Positions 17,082-27,310 of a stretch of DNA of 64,000 nt are shown one piece after another. The notes below the pieces were generated by a model, which did no database searches, was not told the origin of the DNA, and saw nothing but the letters and a program-made list of their open reading frames with translations. A program made the position numbers and the translations under genes. Positions within the stretch are counted from its first letter, which is position 1, and each line of letters begins with the position of its first letter. The DNA is from Candidatus Hydrothermarchaeota archaeon (GTDB taxonomy: Archaea > Hydrothermarchaeota > Hydrothermarchaeia > Hydrothermarchaeales > BMS3B): positions 7,918 to 71,917 of the forward strand of contig WANW01000051.1 of assembly GCA_015521615.1 (NCBI GenBank), in the 5' to 3' direction.

Positions 17082-19078
17082 TTTTCATCCTCCACTATAT
17101 CGCTTGTACCGGGTGGTAGAAACGCCTGGATATCCTCTATTGGTATCCCCTCTATTTTCCTGCGCACCTCTTCGCCCAGCTTCTTTATGAACTCTCTTTT
17201 TATGCGCTCGGCAACCTCTTTGCTCTTGCTTCTGCCAGGTGCGAGGAGTACGTACGCATCGGCTCTATCTCTTATAGCAGAGGGGGGCCCGCCTATTACT
17301 CGTGGCACTTCATTCAGCACCACGCCTATTGCCACGCGAACCCTGCCTATACCGTAGTTACGCTTACCACGAATCACAAAGGCGCCCTTCGCTACATATT
17401 CGCCGCTCTCAGCACGCTTGCTGACCTGCTCTGGCTTAACCCAGTAAACCTCTAGGCTCGCGAAACCGTGCTTCCAGGCACGGGAATAGCTTGCTGCAAA
17501 ATCAAAGGCTTCCTGAATTGTAGTCTCCGGCACCTCCCTTCCTTCAGTCCTTATAATCACCGCGGGTGCGCCGTGAATGTCGGCGTGCACAAATATATCG
17601 TCCTTGCCCAAGTGCTTCTTAACAAGCACCTCGTTGCTCACCGCATCCCTGCCGCCAAGCACCAGAAAGCCGTCGCTGGAGACGAACCACCGGAACTTCT
17701 CGTACCATTCCCGCTTCCTCTTCACCCGCTTCTGCGGTGCCTTAAGCTCTGCTTCAGAGGCCTCAACGCCCCTCTCCTTAAGCTCGCGTATCTCCTTAAC
17801 AGTCTTCAGCACAGCCTCCCTTGCGCTGATTGCCTTGCTTCTGAGCTTCTTGCTCCTCTCATAAAAAAACTCAGCATTCTCAGCTGCGCTCTTCCTTATA
17901 TCGAGGGTAACCTCCCTGCCATCGAGGGTAAGCACCACCTCTCCTCGCGATGGGCTGAGCCGCTTTATAAGCTCCGCCTCCTTCACCTTACCTTTGCCCT
18001 GTTTTATCCTCTCCTCTATCTCCTGCCAGGAGTACTTTTCCCGTGCGCTTCTCAGCACGCTGAGGATGCGCTCCACCTCATTAAAGTGAAGATAAATCGC
18101 ATCCCCCTTGCCGCGCAGCTCCTTCTCCTCCTGCAGGTACTTCTTTATCGTCTGAGTCTGGGATTTAAGGCGGAAGAGCAGCCGGTTGAGCTCAGTCTTA
18201 AACTTCTCCTCCCTCTGCTTTGCCAGCCTCTCCACTTCATGCTTTGTAAAGTATTCGTCCAGCGCCTGGTTAAAGCTCGCGAAGCTCTTTCGCTCATGCT
18301 TGGCATAGATTCTCAGGGGCAATGGGGTGATGTCTATCGCAACACCGGAGTCGAAAACAATTTCAGGCTTCTCCACACCCACTTTTGCCCTAAGCTCTTC
18401 AAGCGCTGCCTTAACTCTAGAAGCTTCTTCAGTGTCTATCTCCCTGGCATTCTTATCAACACCTGCGCGGAGGCAGGTTTCCTCTGCGTACAGACCGCCC
18501 AGACCCAAATCCCTCGCGAGAGCGCGCACCAGGTCGCCCTTAGACTCGCTAACCACCCGCGCTATCTCCTCAGCGCTAAGCTCAAAGGGGTTTGCCCTCG
18601 CAGGCGGGAGTTGGTATTTTGCCCTGCCAACAAGCTCACGTGTAGAGTATCGCCTGGGCAGCATAACCGCAAGAATCTCGTAGCTATCGTTTGTCAGTAT
18701 AATATTTCCCTTGCCGAAAAGTTCGGCGATGAGGTTGTACCTCTCGCGATTTCTGCCCGTGAAGCTGAGAATTACTATCCTATCGAAGCCTACCTGCTTA
18801 ATCTCCTCAAGCAGAGCATTGCCAAGATGCTTGCGCAGTGCCATGGCGAACATCGAGGGTTGCTGTGGCGCCGGCCTCGGGTAAGCGGTCAGGTGAATCC
18901 TTCTACCGGCCTCTATCACCAGATCCTCCCTTCCCCTGCCTCTGACGTTTAAGGTTATTCTAAGCTCACTCGGGGTGGGTTGAAAAACTTTATTAACCCT
19001 GGCACCTATTATCTCCTGAAGTTCCCTGACCACCGCGAGAATATCAAAGCTGCTCATACTGGTCTTCATAATCACCAC
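17078..19078 (-). CDS. NFACT-family protein (archaeal Rqc2/NEMF/FbpA homolog)
   Basis: 666 aa. An NFACT-N domain, a coiled coil and an NFACT-R/DUF814 domain (FVHADIHGAPAVIIR) are present. The true start is probably the ATG at 19069 or 19057. Confidence 0.8.
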   Translation of the reverse strand: MVIMKTSMSSFDILAVVRELQEIIGARVNKVFQPTPSELRITLNVRGRGREDLVIEAGRRIHLTAYPRPAPQQPSMFAMALRKHLGNALLEEIKQVGFDRIVILSFTGRNRERYNLIAELFGKGNIILTNDSYEILAVMLPRRYSTRELVGRAKYQLPPARANPFELSAEEIARVVSESKGDLVRALARDLGLGGLYAEETCLRAGVDKNAREIDTEEASRVKAALEELRAKVGVEKPEIVFDSGVAIDITPLPLRIYAKHERKSFASFNQALDEYFTKHEVERLAKQREEKFKTELNRLLFRLKSQTQTIKKYLQEEKELRGKGDAIYLHFNEVERILSVLRSAREKYSWQEIEERIKQGKGKVKEAELIKRLSPSRGEVVLTLDGREVTLDIRKSAAENAEFFYERSKKLRSKAISAREAVLKTVKEIRELKERGVEASEAELKAPQKRVKRKREWYEKFRWFVSSDGFLVLGGRDAVSNEVLVKKHLGKDDIFVHADIHGAPAVIIRTEGREVPETTIQEAFDFAASYSRAWKHGFASLEVYWVKPEQVSKRAESGEYVAKGAFVIRGKRNYGIGRVRVAIGVVLNEVPRVIGGPPSAIRDRADAYVLLAPGRSKSKEVAERIKREFIKKLGEEVRRKIEGIPIEDIQAFLPPGTSDIVEDEK

Positions 19079-19091
19079 CGGAGGAAATACG

Positions 19092-19373
19092 ATGAAACAT
19101 GAGATAGAGCGGAAGGTAAGTCTTATTCATGCTTTAGCGGGTGCAACATTTGGTGTCGTCTCACCCTTCTTATTCACCAGAACATTAACCTTTGTCTCAG
19201 TAATTATCGCCGGCTTCCTGTTCGCCTACCCTCTGTATATTTTAACCCGCAGGATATTCAATCTACCGGAAAAGGAGTTTGACCTGAAAGAGTGGCTTGG
19301 TAAGGGTTTTCTGTACTTCTTTGCAGCCTGGATTCTGGTATGGACTATAGCGTACAATTTTATAAATGCCTAA
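19092..19373 (+). CDS. Small membrane protein
   Basis: 93 aa with 2-3 predicted TM helices. Confidence 0.35.
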   Translation: MKHEIERKVSLIHALAGATFGVVSPFLFTRTLTFVSVIIAGFLFAYPLYILTRRIFNLPEKEFDLKEWLGKGFLYFFAAWILVWTIAYNFINA

Positions 19374-19407
19374 AAATAGGAAAACTGAAAAAGAAAAATA
19401 GAGAGGC

Positions 19408-19728
19408 TCAGCCGAAGAGTGCTCCCAGTCCCTCGAGAGCCTCCTCCTCGCTGGGCTCTTCCTCCTCTTTCTCTTCCTCCTTCTCCTCTGCAGGGGCTTC
19501 CTCTGCAGCTGCTGGAGCGCCAGCTGCCGCAGGGGCTGCTGCTACAGGCGCAACCGCAGCCTGCTTGATAGCCTCATCTATGTCGATGCCCTCAAGGGCA
19601 GCGACAAGAGCTTTCACCCGAGCCTCGTCAACATTTATCTTTGAGGCTTCGAGCACAGCCTTGACGTTCTCCTCATTTATCTCCTGCCCTGCAGCATGGA
19701 GAAGCATGGCAGCGTAAACATATTCCAT
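19408..19728 (-). CDS. rpl12: Ribosomal stalk protein P1 (L12)
   Basis: It starts [26 protein letters not shown] and ends in a poly-Ala/Glu tail, [12 protein letters not shown]. Confidence 0.95.
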   Translation of the reverse strand: MEYVYAAMLLHAAGQEINEENVKAVLEASKINVDEARVKALVAALEGIDIDEAIKQAAVAPVAAAPAAAGAPAAAEEAPAEEKEEEKEEEEPSEEEALEGLGALFG

Positions 19729-19741
19729 TTCTTCACCTCCA

Positions 19742-20764
19742 TTATCCGAACAGTGCTCCTAACCCTGCCGCAGCCTCCTCTTCGCTCGGCTCCTCTTCCT
19801 TCTCTTCCTCTGCTTCTGGCTGTGGCTCCTCCTTCGCTGGTTTCTCACTTGGTGGCGCAGCAGTCTGAGTTGCGCTGAGCAATTGCCTCAGCTCATCATC
19901 CAGCGCGTCATCGCTGAGCTTAGACGCCAAGGATAACATCTGCAAGTGAGCCTTCGCAATAAGCTTGTCCACCACGTCCGGCTCCGGTATCGCTGCTTCA
20001 AGCGCAAGGGCAAGCGCCTCGCGGTATGCCTTGGCAATTGCAAGAGGTGCCGTTTCCCTGGTGAGGAAGCCAGAGTTAATGCTGAGATTAACAGCCTGCT
20101 GGTATGCCAGAGCAAGCTTTGCCTTTATCTCCTCTTCATCCACACGAAGCACATCTGGCAGAAAAACTGTACCATCTTCGTAGGCTGCAATCAGGTCCAG
20201 ACCGACCTCCATGGGCTCTATACCGAGACGGCTAAGTATATTCGCCAGCTTCGCATCAATTACATCGCCCGCCTTCGCTACAACAGTATCCTTCTTTACA
20301 GCAATCTTGCCACCCTTTATCTCCGTCTGTATCCCAAGCGCCTGGAGTTCACCAAGCAGCGGACCTGGAGCAAAGGGAGTCTCGCCCTTGGGCACAACAA
20401 TATCGCGTGGGGCAATGCTGTTCGGCTTAGCCGGTGCTGGAACCTTGTTCTCCTCCAGTATCCTGTACAGCTTGAAGGGATTAATCCTGGAAAATATGAA
20501 TGCTGGCTGACCGCGAAGCTTATCCTTCAAACCCTCGAGGCTCTTCTCCTCCCTCGCGGCCTTCTCAATTGCGTGCTGCATTATGGACTTCTTTGACATT
20601 TTGATGAGAACTTCCCCGCGCAGCTTGGCACGCATCTTCTGCAATGTTCTCGCAGGGATGTTCTCCATATTCACTATACCCACGACAGGATAATCCTGTA
20701 TGAGCTTTGCAAGCTCCTCAACCTTCTCCAGCTTCCACTTAGCTACAGCACCAGAGGCACGCAT
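19742..20764 (-). CDS. rpl10: Ribosomal protein P0 (L10)
   Basis: 340 aa. The C-terminus is P0-like ([12 protein letters not shown]). Confidence 0.95.
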   Translation of the reverse strand: MRASGAVAKWKLEKVEELAKLIQDYPVVGIVNMENIPARTLQKMRAKLRGEVLIKMSKKSIMQHAIEKAAREEKSLEGLKDKLRGQPAFIFSRINPFKLYRILEENKVPAPAKPNSIAPRDIVVPKGETPFAPGPLLGELQALGIQTEIKGGKIAVKKDTVVAKAGDVIDAKLANILSRLGIEPMEVGLDLIAAYEDGTVFLPDVLRVDEEEIKAKLALAYQQAVNLSINSGFLTRETAPLAIAKAYREALALALEAAIPEPDVVDKLIAKAHLQMLSLASKLSDDALDDELRQLLSATQTAAPPSEKPAKEEPQPEAEEEKEEEPSEEEAAAGLGALFG

Positions 20765-20766
20765 TT

Positions 20767-21414
20767 TCAGACCTCCACCCGTACGCTCGGCCCCATTGTG
20801 GTTTTTATATACACACTCTTTATGTTACCCATACCCTTATCCAGCTTTCTCTCCAGATGCGAGAGCACAGCCTCAACATTCTGGGCAATATCCTCGTCAC
20901 TCATGTCCTCGCTTCCTACCGCCACATGTATCACCGGCTTATCCTTGGTGCGCAGCCTCACCGTCCTTCGCAAGCGCTCCACTATTGCCGCGATGGGCGC
21001 ATTGGGGGGCACGGGCTTTGGCATCTTGCCTCGAGGACCAAGCACAGGGCCAAGAAATCTGCCTATGAGAGGCATCAGCTCAGCCTGGGCGATAAAGAAG
21101 TCAATATCGTTAGCAATCTTTTTCGCTTTCTTCTTATCCTTGGCAAGCTCTTCAAGCTCCTCCTTGGTTATCACCATATCAGCATGCTCCTTTGCGGCAA
21201 GAGCAAGCTCATCGCCAGCAATAATCGCCACCTTGACATGCTTACCTCTGCCCTTCGGCAGAACAACCTCCTCATTGAGGCGATTCTCAGGCTTGGACAT
21301 GTCTATGTCACGGAGGTTAATCGCCAGGTCAAAGCTCTGGGTAAAGTTGCGCTTTTTCGAGGCTTTTCTGGCCTCTCCTACAGCTTTCACAATTTTTTCT
21401 GTAGTGACCGCCAT
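20767..21414 (-). CDS. rpl1: Ribosomal protein L1
   Basis: 215 aa with conserved L1 sequence. Confidence 0.95.
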   Translation of the reverse strand: MAVTTEKIVKAVGEARKASKKRNFTQSFDLAINLRDIDMSKPENRLNEEVVLPKGRGKHVKVAIIAGDELALAAKEHADMVITKEELEELAKDKKKAKKIANDIDFFIAQAELMPLIGRFLGPVLGPRGKMPKPVPPNAPIAAIVERLRRTVRLRTKDKPVIHVAVGSEDMSDEDIAQNVEAVLSHLERKLDKGMGNIKSVYIKTTMGPSVRVEV

Positions 21415-21418
21415 TTTT

Positions 21419-21898
21419 TCACCCCTCGAACTTATCGTCGTACTTGCCTTCGTCTATCTCCCGCTGAACCTCCTTTGCAGGCTTGCCTTCCACAGTCACC
21501 CCCATGGAAACGCATGTGCCAAGAACCTCTTTGGTCGCTGCCTTGAGGTCTGCGGCAAGCATTCCATCGCGCTTCATCCTTGCTATTTTGATCGCCTGCT
21601 CTATGCTCAGGTTGCCCACTATGCTCGACTTTGCATCGCTTGAACCCTTCTCTATGCCGAGTTCTTTAATTATAAGCGCGCTCGTCGGCGGAGTGCCCAC
21701 CTCTATCTCAAAGGCTTTTGTCTTGGGGTCTACAATGACCTTCACAGGAACCTTCATGCCTGCAAAGTCCTTTGTCTTCTCGTTGATCGCAGCCACCACT
21801 GCGGATATGTTAACCCCAAGCGGACCAAGTGCTGGCCCAAGAGGTGGACCTGGCGATGCCTTGCCGCCTTCAACGAGACTCTCAACCACCTGTTTCAC
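21419..21898 (-). CDS. rpl11: Ribosomal protein L11
   Basis: 159 aa. The N-terminus reads [27 protein letters not shown]. Confidence 0.95.
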   Translation of the reverse strand: MKQVVESLVEGGKASPGPPLGPALGPLGVNISAVVAAINEKTKDFAGMKVPVKVIVDPKTKAFEIEVGTPPTSALIIKELGIEKGSSDAKSSIVGNLSIEQAIKIARMKRDGMLAADLKAATKEVLGTCVSMGVTVEGKPAKEVQREIDEGKYDDKFEG

Positions 21899-22361
21899 TT
21901 TCCGACGCCTCCTTTCTAATCACCTTGATGCTCTCGCCCTTCACCGTAACCGGGATAGGCACAGTAGCTTCAAAGAGTTCTACTGTAATTTCCTCCTTCT
22001 TAAGGTCAACCCTGACCACTCTCGCTTTTTCACCCTTGAAGGGGCCGCTTATCAACTCAACTATGTCGCCCTGCTCAACCTTGGTCACCATTGGCTTGGG
22101 CTCAAAGAATCTCTCTATGTCTGCAATGGGGATCTCACCAGGCACAATACCTTTATTGTGAGCAACACCGCGCAGCGCCTTCTCTATCTCCGTCTTGTCC
22201 TTTGCCTCCACGAGAATGTAGCCTCTTATGTCGTGAGGCACGAGTACAGCGTAAACCTCAAAGCCCTCCTTCTCTATTCTGGCACTCATCATATCTGCTA
22301 CGTTTCTCTCCTGCCCTATGGTTGTGCGAACCGCGTAAATTTTAGAATCCATGACCTTCAC
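21882..22361 (-). CDS. spt5: Transcription elongation factor Spt5 (NusG)
   Basis: An NGN domain is followed by KOW ([18 protein letters not shown]). The start may be the internal M at about 22352. Confidence 0.85.
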   Translation of the reverse strand: MKVMDSKIYAVRTTIGQERNVADMMSARIEKEGFEVYAVLVPHDIRGYILVEAKDKTEIEKALRGVAHNKGIVPGEIPIADIERFFEPKPMVTKVEQGDIVELISGPFKGEKARVVRVDLKKEEITVELFEATVPIPVTVKGESIKVIRKEASESETGG

Positions 22362-22439
22362 CGGGTTAAAAATTTAAAAACAGGCTTAGGTAGTCTGAGC
22401 CTTTATTCTATATAAACTTTTTGCCTAACGGATTCAAAC

Positions 22440-22643
22440 TTACTTGATAATGGAGCTGGCAAGATGTATTGCCAGGCGTATGAGGAAGGCCACGGCACCG
22501 ATAATAATCATACCAGCGCCGGTAACCTTGGCAACGCCCAGATACTCACTTTTGCGTGGCTTCCGTGAGAGCTTTATTACTCGCTCCCACTCCTTTATCT
22601 TCTCACCCAGCTTTAACTTCTGAGACACTGCAACCTGTACCAT
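22440..22643 (-). CDS. secE: Protein translocase subunit SecE (Sec61 gamma)
   Basis: 67 aa with a C-terminal TM helix. It sits in the conserved secE-nusG position. Confidence 0.8.
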   Translation of the reverse strand: MVQVAVSQKLKLGEKIKEWERVIKLSRKPRKSEYLGVAKVTGAGMIIIGAVAFLIRLAIHLASSIIK

Positions 22644-22649
22644 GCTGCA

Positions 22650-23771
22650 TCAGTCCAGAAAATCTATTCCAAGCTTTGTTTTCAGGTCTTCCTTTTCCTC
22701 CTCGACAAAACCTTCCTCTGAGCCCAGGATCTGCTTTGAGCGCACGCCTGTTACCACGAGCATAACCCTGAGCACGCCCTTCAGGTCGTCCTCTATCTGC
22801 GCGCCCCAGATGATGTTGGCTCTGGGATCAAGGCGCTCTGACACCACCTGCACCACCTGCTGCGCCTCTGCAAGGGTTAAATCTTCGCCGCCGACGACAT
22901 TTATCAGCGCGCCCTTCGCACCGGTTATATCCACATTGAGCAGTGGGCTGTTAATTGCCTTTTCTATCGCCTCCACGGCTCTGTTTTCGGTGTCGCTTTC
23001 ACCCATGCCTATCATCGCCACACCGCCGCCCTCCATTACAGCGCGCACGTCCGCGAAGTCCAGGTTTATCAGCCCTGGCTTTGTTATCAGCTCGGCAATG
23101 CCCTTGACAGCGCGCACCAGAATCTCGTCCGCCACCTTAAAGGCTGCCGGCAGAGGGAGGTTGGGCGCTATTTCAAGAAGCTTGTCATTGGGGATTACTA
23201 TTACAGTGTCGGTCTCCCTGCGCAGCTTCTCCAGCCCCATCTCGGCATTGCTCCGCCTGCGCATGCCCTCCATGGCGAAGGGGAAGGTGACTATAGCCAC
23301 TGTCAGCGCCCCAAGCTTCTGGGATATGTTGGCAATCACCGGTGCACTTCCCGTACCCGTGCCACCTCCAAGGCCGCAGGTGATGAACACGATGTCTGCG
23401 CCCTCCAGAACCTCCTTGATCTCCTGCTCACTCTCCTTTGCCGCCTCCTCACCAATCTGGGGCACTGACCCGGCGCCCAGGCCACCGGTCAGCTCCTTTC
23501 CTATGAGCAGCTTCCTGTGCGCCATCGTGTTGAGCAGGTCCTGTGCATCAGTATTTATTGCTACAGTCTCTGCCCCCTCTATGCCAACTTCCATCAGGCG
23601 AGTCATGGTATTGTTTCCTGCGCCCCCTGTACCCACAACCACAATCCTCGCCTTGGTCTGTGATAGTATGTTCTGTAACTCCTCGTCTATCCCGGTTCTT
23701 CCTGTGACAGACGTATTTTTATGAGAAACTTCACCAGCCCTCTTTATGGCTTCCTCAATGATGCTGTCCAA
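22650..23771 (-). CDS. ftsZ: Cell division GTPase FtsZ
   Basis: [10 protein letters not shown] and GGGTGTG tubulin signatures are present. Confidence 0.95.
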   Translation of the reverse strand: MDSIIEEAIKRAGEVSHKNTSVTGRTGIDEELQNILSQTKARIVVVGTGGAGNNTMTRLMEVGIEGAETVAINTDAQDLLNTMAHRKLLIGKELTGGLGAGSVPQIGEEAAKESEQEIKEVLEGADIVFITCGLGGGTGTGSAPVIANISQKLGALTVAIVTFPFAMEGMRRRSNAEMGLEKLRRETDTVIVIPNDKLLEIAPNLPLPAAFKVADEILVRAVKGIAELITKPGLINLDFADVRAVMEGGGVAMIGMGESDTENRAVEAIEKAINSPLLNVDITGAKGALINVVGGEDLTLAEAQQVVQVVSERLDPRANIIWGAQIEDDLKGVLRVMLVVTGVRSKQILGSEEGFVEEEKEDLKTKLGIDFLD

Positions 23772-23800
23772 AGCGATTCCTCCTGCTGGTTTATGAATGG

Positions 23801-25069
23801 CTACCGCCGGTATTTAAACGTTTTCCTTAGCACTCCAAGGGTGCGCTGCTCTGCTATGGGTATGCGTATTTTCCTCCTGGAAAGCACCATCTCTGGCGTT
23901 ATTGTCTGTTCACCTACAACCACGCTCTCCCCCCTGCTGAGCTTCGCATACTCCGGACCTGGCCTGAGTCCGAGCTTCGCCGCCTTGGCCGGGTCGAAGG
24001 CTTTGTAGGTGAGCACAAGCTCATTACCATTAAAGGAAAGCTCACCCCTGGAAGAGAGGATATCCACACATGCCTTAACAACCTCCTCGCCTGCGTCACG
24101 CTCTGAAAGCAGCCTCTTTATCCTGCCACTCACATCACGCTCCACCACTATGCCCAGCGAGCTGAACACCTGCTTCACCCGCTTTGAGTTGAGCTTTTCC
24201 GCAGCCCTCACCAGCTCCAGGTCCACCCACAGGGGCGTTAACGCAGAGCTCTGCGCCTGGAGCTCGCGCCTCCGCTTCACAGGCACGCCAAGCTCCTCCG
24301 CCAGAGCGAGAGCCTTCTCCCTTTCCTCCCGCTTCATTCCCTTCCAGTCCAGGTAGACGAAGCCGGCGCCGCTCTTCTCCACCGCCTGTGCAAAGACCTC
24401 TAACGTGAGCTGAGCTATCGCGTAGCTTGGAATTATGTGCCCCACAGCGTACTGCGTCTCCTGGGCAAGCTCAGTGTGCCTCGGAGCGTAGTGCGTACCC
24501 CCTACGCCTACGCATGCCTCGTAGCTCTCCTTGCACAGCGCCGCCTCCAGCGCGGCTTTTGCAACGGCACGCACCGCCTGCAGGTCGCGCCACTCTTTCT
24601 CGGTGGAGCCGACCTCCACGAAGAGCACCGGCTTCAAAAGCTGCGTTGGTCCGTGGTGCGTCGCCTCAAAGGAAACCTCATAGTCCAGGTTGAGCTCCCG
24701 CCTCGCGCGCTCCAGAGCGAGAAGCGCAACCTTCATTGCACTGGGATGAGCATACGCAAGCGTCTCGGGTGAGCCTCCAACCTTAGCCTCCCTGCCAAGG
24801 TTGCCGGTGACGTGCACAGTAAGCGTTCTGCGCTCCGCCTGAGCTTTGTGCCTGGTTGCAAACACGTAGTACTCGGCTTTTGGGAAATGCTCGTCCAGGT
24901 GCTCCGCTTCAGTCTGCCTCCGCTCCGTAGCTATGGCGACAACCTCGCCCCTCTTCAGCAGGGGCATGCCCTCAAACTCTCCAGCTTCCGCGAACCCCAG
25001 CTCCTCTCTGAGCACGCGGAAGATGTTCCTGCCTGCGATGTCCTCCTGTGAGGTGACGATTACTCGCAC
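23801..25069 (-). CDS. dtdA: D-aminoacyl-tRNA deacylase (archaeal DtdA family) with an extended C-terminal region
   Basis: 422 aa. The N-terminus ([16 protein letters not shown]...) is DtdA-like. A C-terminal stretch of about 150 aa has no domain I can name. Confidence 0.6.
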   Translation of the reverse strand: MRVIVTSQEDIAGRNIFRVLREELGFAEAGEFEGMPLLKRGEVVAIATERRQTEAEHLDEHFPKAEYYVFATRHKAQAERRTLTVHVTGNLGREAKVGGSPETLAYAHPSAMKVALLALERARRELNLDYEVSFEATHHGPTQLLKPVLFVEVGSTEKEWRDLQAVRAVAKAALEAALCKESYEACVGVGGTHYAPRHTELAQETQYAVGHIIPSYAIAQLTLEVFAQAVEKSGAGFVYLDWKGMKREEREKALALAEELGVPVKRRRELQAQSSALTPLWVDLELVRAAEKLNSKRVKQVFSSLGIVVERDVSGRIKRLLSERDAGEEVVKACVDILSSRGELSFNGNELVLTYKAFDPAKAAKLGLRPGPEYAKLSRGESVVVGEQTITPEMVLSRRKIRIPIAEQRTLGVLRKTFKYRR

Positions 25070-25644
25070 AGCCTAGCCACCACCTCTTCCAGCTCTCTCA
25101 GGTCGTGAAGCACAAAGTCAGCCCTGCTCAGGTACTCCTTTGAAAACCTGCCGTCGAGCAGCGCTATTCTAACTCCTGCGCTTCTCGCAGCGAGGTAGTC
25201 GAAAGCGTGGTCGCCAACGGCGAGGGCTTGCTCCGGAGCTGCCCCGAGCAGCTTCAGGGCGAGCTGGAACTGTGCCGGTGAGGGTTTTGGCTCCGCATCT
25301 TCCCGGGTTACCACGACATCAAAGGCGAGGGAAAAGCGCTCCGCCACCACCTCCCAGGCCTGCCTGCAGTTCCTCGTGGCGAGAGCGAGGGCAATTCCGC
25401 GGGAGCGCAGGCTTTGAAGCACCTCCCTGGCGCAGGACTTAAGCTCCGCCCGCCTGGCGGCGCTAACCTCGTGCTCCACCACCCTTGCGAGGGCTTCCTC
25501 CCTCTCCCTGGAGGGCAGCGCCTCTATCATCTCCAGCAGGGGCTGCTCCGCATCGAAGCCGAAGATTTCCATTTTGATTCGTGCAATGTCCAGGTTGAAG
25601 TCCACCAGCGTACCATCGAGGTCGAAGATAACCGCGCGGAGCAT
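25060..25644 (-). CDS. HAD-superfamily hydrolase (phosphoglycolate phosphatase-like)
   Basis: Motif I is VIFDLDGTLVD. Confidence 0.8.
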   Translation of the reverse strand: MLRAVIFDLDGTLVDFNLDIARIKMEIFGFDAEQPLLEMIEALPSREREEALARVVEHEVSAARRAELKSCAREVLQSLRSRGIALALATRNCRQAWEVVAERFSLAFDVVVTREDAEPKPSPAQFQLALKLLGAAPEQALAVGDHAFDYLAARSAGVRIALLDGRFSKEYLSRADFVLHDLRELEEVVARLCE

Positions 25645-25703
25645 GTGCTAAGGGTAAGGGTTAACCTAAGCAAATTCCGCAATCAGAGAAGGACATATTA
25701 AGC

Positions 25704-26933
25704 ATGAGGAAACTACTCTGGCACATGGGTGAGAGGCGAGCGCTGCTTGCAAGCTTTCTCGTGGTATTTATTGCAAGCGTGGCCTTCTACCTGATTAAGC
25801 CCGCGCTGGCGCTCAGACTTAGAGCCGAGCTCGGTGCCACGGCCCTTGAGGTCACCGCCCTTACCTCCGGCTTTATGGTGGCGCGCGCCCTGGCAGCGCC
25901 CCTCACCGGCTTTGCCGGCGACAGGGCGCCTCTGCTCAGGGGCAGGATTGCCAGGCTGTGCCTCCTTCCCGTGGCCCTGCTCAGCGCCGCCTACGCCTTT
26001 GTGCCCGAGGCTCTTCTTGCGGTGCTTCTGAGCGCTGTGCACGGCTTCTTCTCCGGCATGTTCTGGCCCACTCTCCAGGTTATTGTTGGCTTCTCGGCGC
26101 CTGAAGATAAGAGGGGAGCCTACCTGGGCGCCTACTTCACCCTCGGCGCCCTCGGCTCAAGCATCGGCTACGCCCTCTACGGGTTGCTGCCCCTGAGCAG
26201 CACTTTTCTCATACTTGCAGGCGCAGCACTGTATGCGCTCTCCGCAGTGCTCGCCCTGCTTCTGTTTTCCGCCTCCTGCACCCCTGCGATGCCTGCTGAG
26301 CAGAAGAAGGAGGTAAAGCTCCAGCTGAGCAGCCTTCCGCCCCTTGCGATTTGGGTTCTGGTGATTTCCTTCGCCATCGGCGGAGTTATGGGGCTGATGA
26401 ACGAGTACCTCTACCTCTTCCTCTACGAGGTGCACGGCATGACGAGGGCTGAGCTGGGGTATGTGCTCACCGCTGCAGCCCTTCTGAGTGTTTTCAGCGG
26501 CATCTTTTCGGGTTTTCTTTCGGACAGGCTTGGGATTCGCAGAGTCCTAGTTGCAATTCTGCTGCTGTGTTCCTTGGGTCTTCTCTCCCTTACGCTCTCG
26601 CCTGGAAGGCTGATTGTTGCCCTTTCCCTCGCCACAGTGCTACTGGCAGTCAAGGCGACGCTGCCCCTTACGCGAAACATCGCCGTGGCGGGAGGCTCCG
26701 GGCTTGCGGGCACAGTGGTTGGCCTTGCGAACACCTTCTCCAGCGCAGGTGCGGCTGCGCTTCCGCTGGTGGCGGGGTACCTCTACGACGCTCTCGAGGG
26801 AGAGGTGGTGCTCGGAATAGACGGCCGTGCAGTTCCTCTCATTCTGTCTTCGCTCGCGGTGCTTTTCCTTGCTCTTATTTCGCCTCTGGCGGGAGGGAGG
26901 AGACGCGGTGAGAGACCTATTCCTCCGGATTAA
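25704..26933 (+). CDS. MFS transporter
   Basis: 409 aa with 12 TM-like segments and MFS loop motifs. Confidence 0.8.
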   Translation: MRKLLWHMGERRALLASFLVVFIASVAFYLIKPALALRLRAELGATALEVTALTSGFMVARALAAPLTGFAGDRAPLLRGRIARLCLLPVALLSAAYAFVPEALLAVLLSAVHGFFSGMFWPTLQVIVGFSAPEDKRGAYLGAYFTLGALGSSIGYALYGLLPLSSTFLILAGAALYALSAVLALLLFSASCTPAMPAEQKKEVKLQLSSLPPLAIWVLVISFAIGGVMGLMNEYLYLFLYEVHGMTRAELGYVLTAAALLSVFSGIFSGFLSDRLGIRRVLVAILLLCSLGLLSLTLSPGRLIVALSLATVLLAVKATLPLTRNIAVAGGSGLAGTVVGLANTFSSAGAAALPLVAGYLYDALEGEVVLGIDGRAVPLILSSLAVLFLALISPLAGGRRRGERPIPPD

Positions 26934-27046
26934 AGGTATTTAATCCCTCAGCTTTAGCTGCTCTCAGCAGATTTTCGTCATAGCAGATAAATTCATTTAC
27001 CTCAGGCGTCCATGTAAGGGCGGTATAGAGATGTATCCCCCATATC

Positions 27047-27061
27047 GTGTACATTGTACAC
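27047..27061. promoter_or_regulatory. Perfect 7-1-7 palindrome GTGTACAtTGTACAC about 35 nt upstream of the RHH gene, a putative operator
   Basis: Read directly from the sequence. A TATA-like AAATATAAAGG lies between the palindrome and the ATG. Confidence 0.4.
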
Positions 27062-27098
27062 CAACAAATATAAAGGTTTCGCCTAAACACAATAAAAG

Positions 27099-27260
27099 AT
27101 GGCTAAGATTTACATAGCGACCAGAATTGAAAAGAAAGAGTATGATAAGATTGAAAAGCTAGTTAAAGAAACTAAATTGAAGCGAGCGGAGATAGCCAGG
27201 AGGTTGATTCTTATCGGTCTAAAACATGTCAAAAAGCCGGAGGACCTGATTAAAATTTAG
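27099..27260 (+). CDS. Ribbon-helix-helix (CopG/Arc-like) small DNA-binding protein, 53 aa. It is not in the ORF track.
   Basis: Translation is MAKIYIATRIEKKEYDKIEKLVKETKLKRAEIARRLILIGLKHVKKPEDLIKI. The beta-strand plus two-helix pattern fits the RHH fold. It lies in an AT-rich islet of about 35% GC. Confidence 0.45.
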   Translation: MAKIYIATRIEKKEYDKIEKLVKETKLKRAEIARRLILIGLKHVKKPEDLIKI

Positions 27261-27310
27261 CGTAATTTTTCAGATGTTGCTCTATATTTACGATTACCTT
27301 TAATTGTCTT

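Noticed and set aside
17468-18952. 494-aa plus-strand ORF
   Set aside because: It is antisense to the NFACT gene. It is Leu/Cys/Arg-rich with no domain. It is a shadow ORF.
19340-19717. 125-aa plus-strand ORF rich in Ser/Ala
   Set aside because: It is antisense to the P1 (rpl12) gene's Ala/Glu-rich tail. It is a shadow ORF.
20798-21643. Long plus-strand ORFs (281, 229 and 310 aa at 20798-22415) overlapping the ribosomal protein genes
   Set aside because: They are antisense to highly conserved rpl1/rpl11/spt5 coding sequence. Their composition is Ser/Arg/Leu/Cys-rich and they have no family resemblance. They are shadow ORFs in GC-rich DNA.
22642-23724. 360-aa plus-strand ORF
   Set aside because: It lies entirely antisense to ftsZ. 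It is Ser/Thr/Pro-rich with low complexity. It is a shadow ORF.
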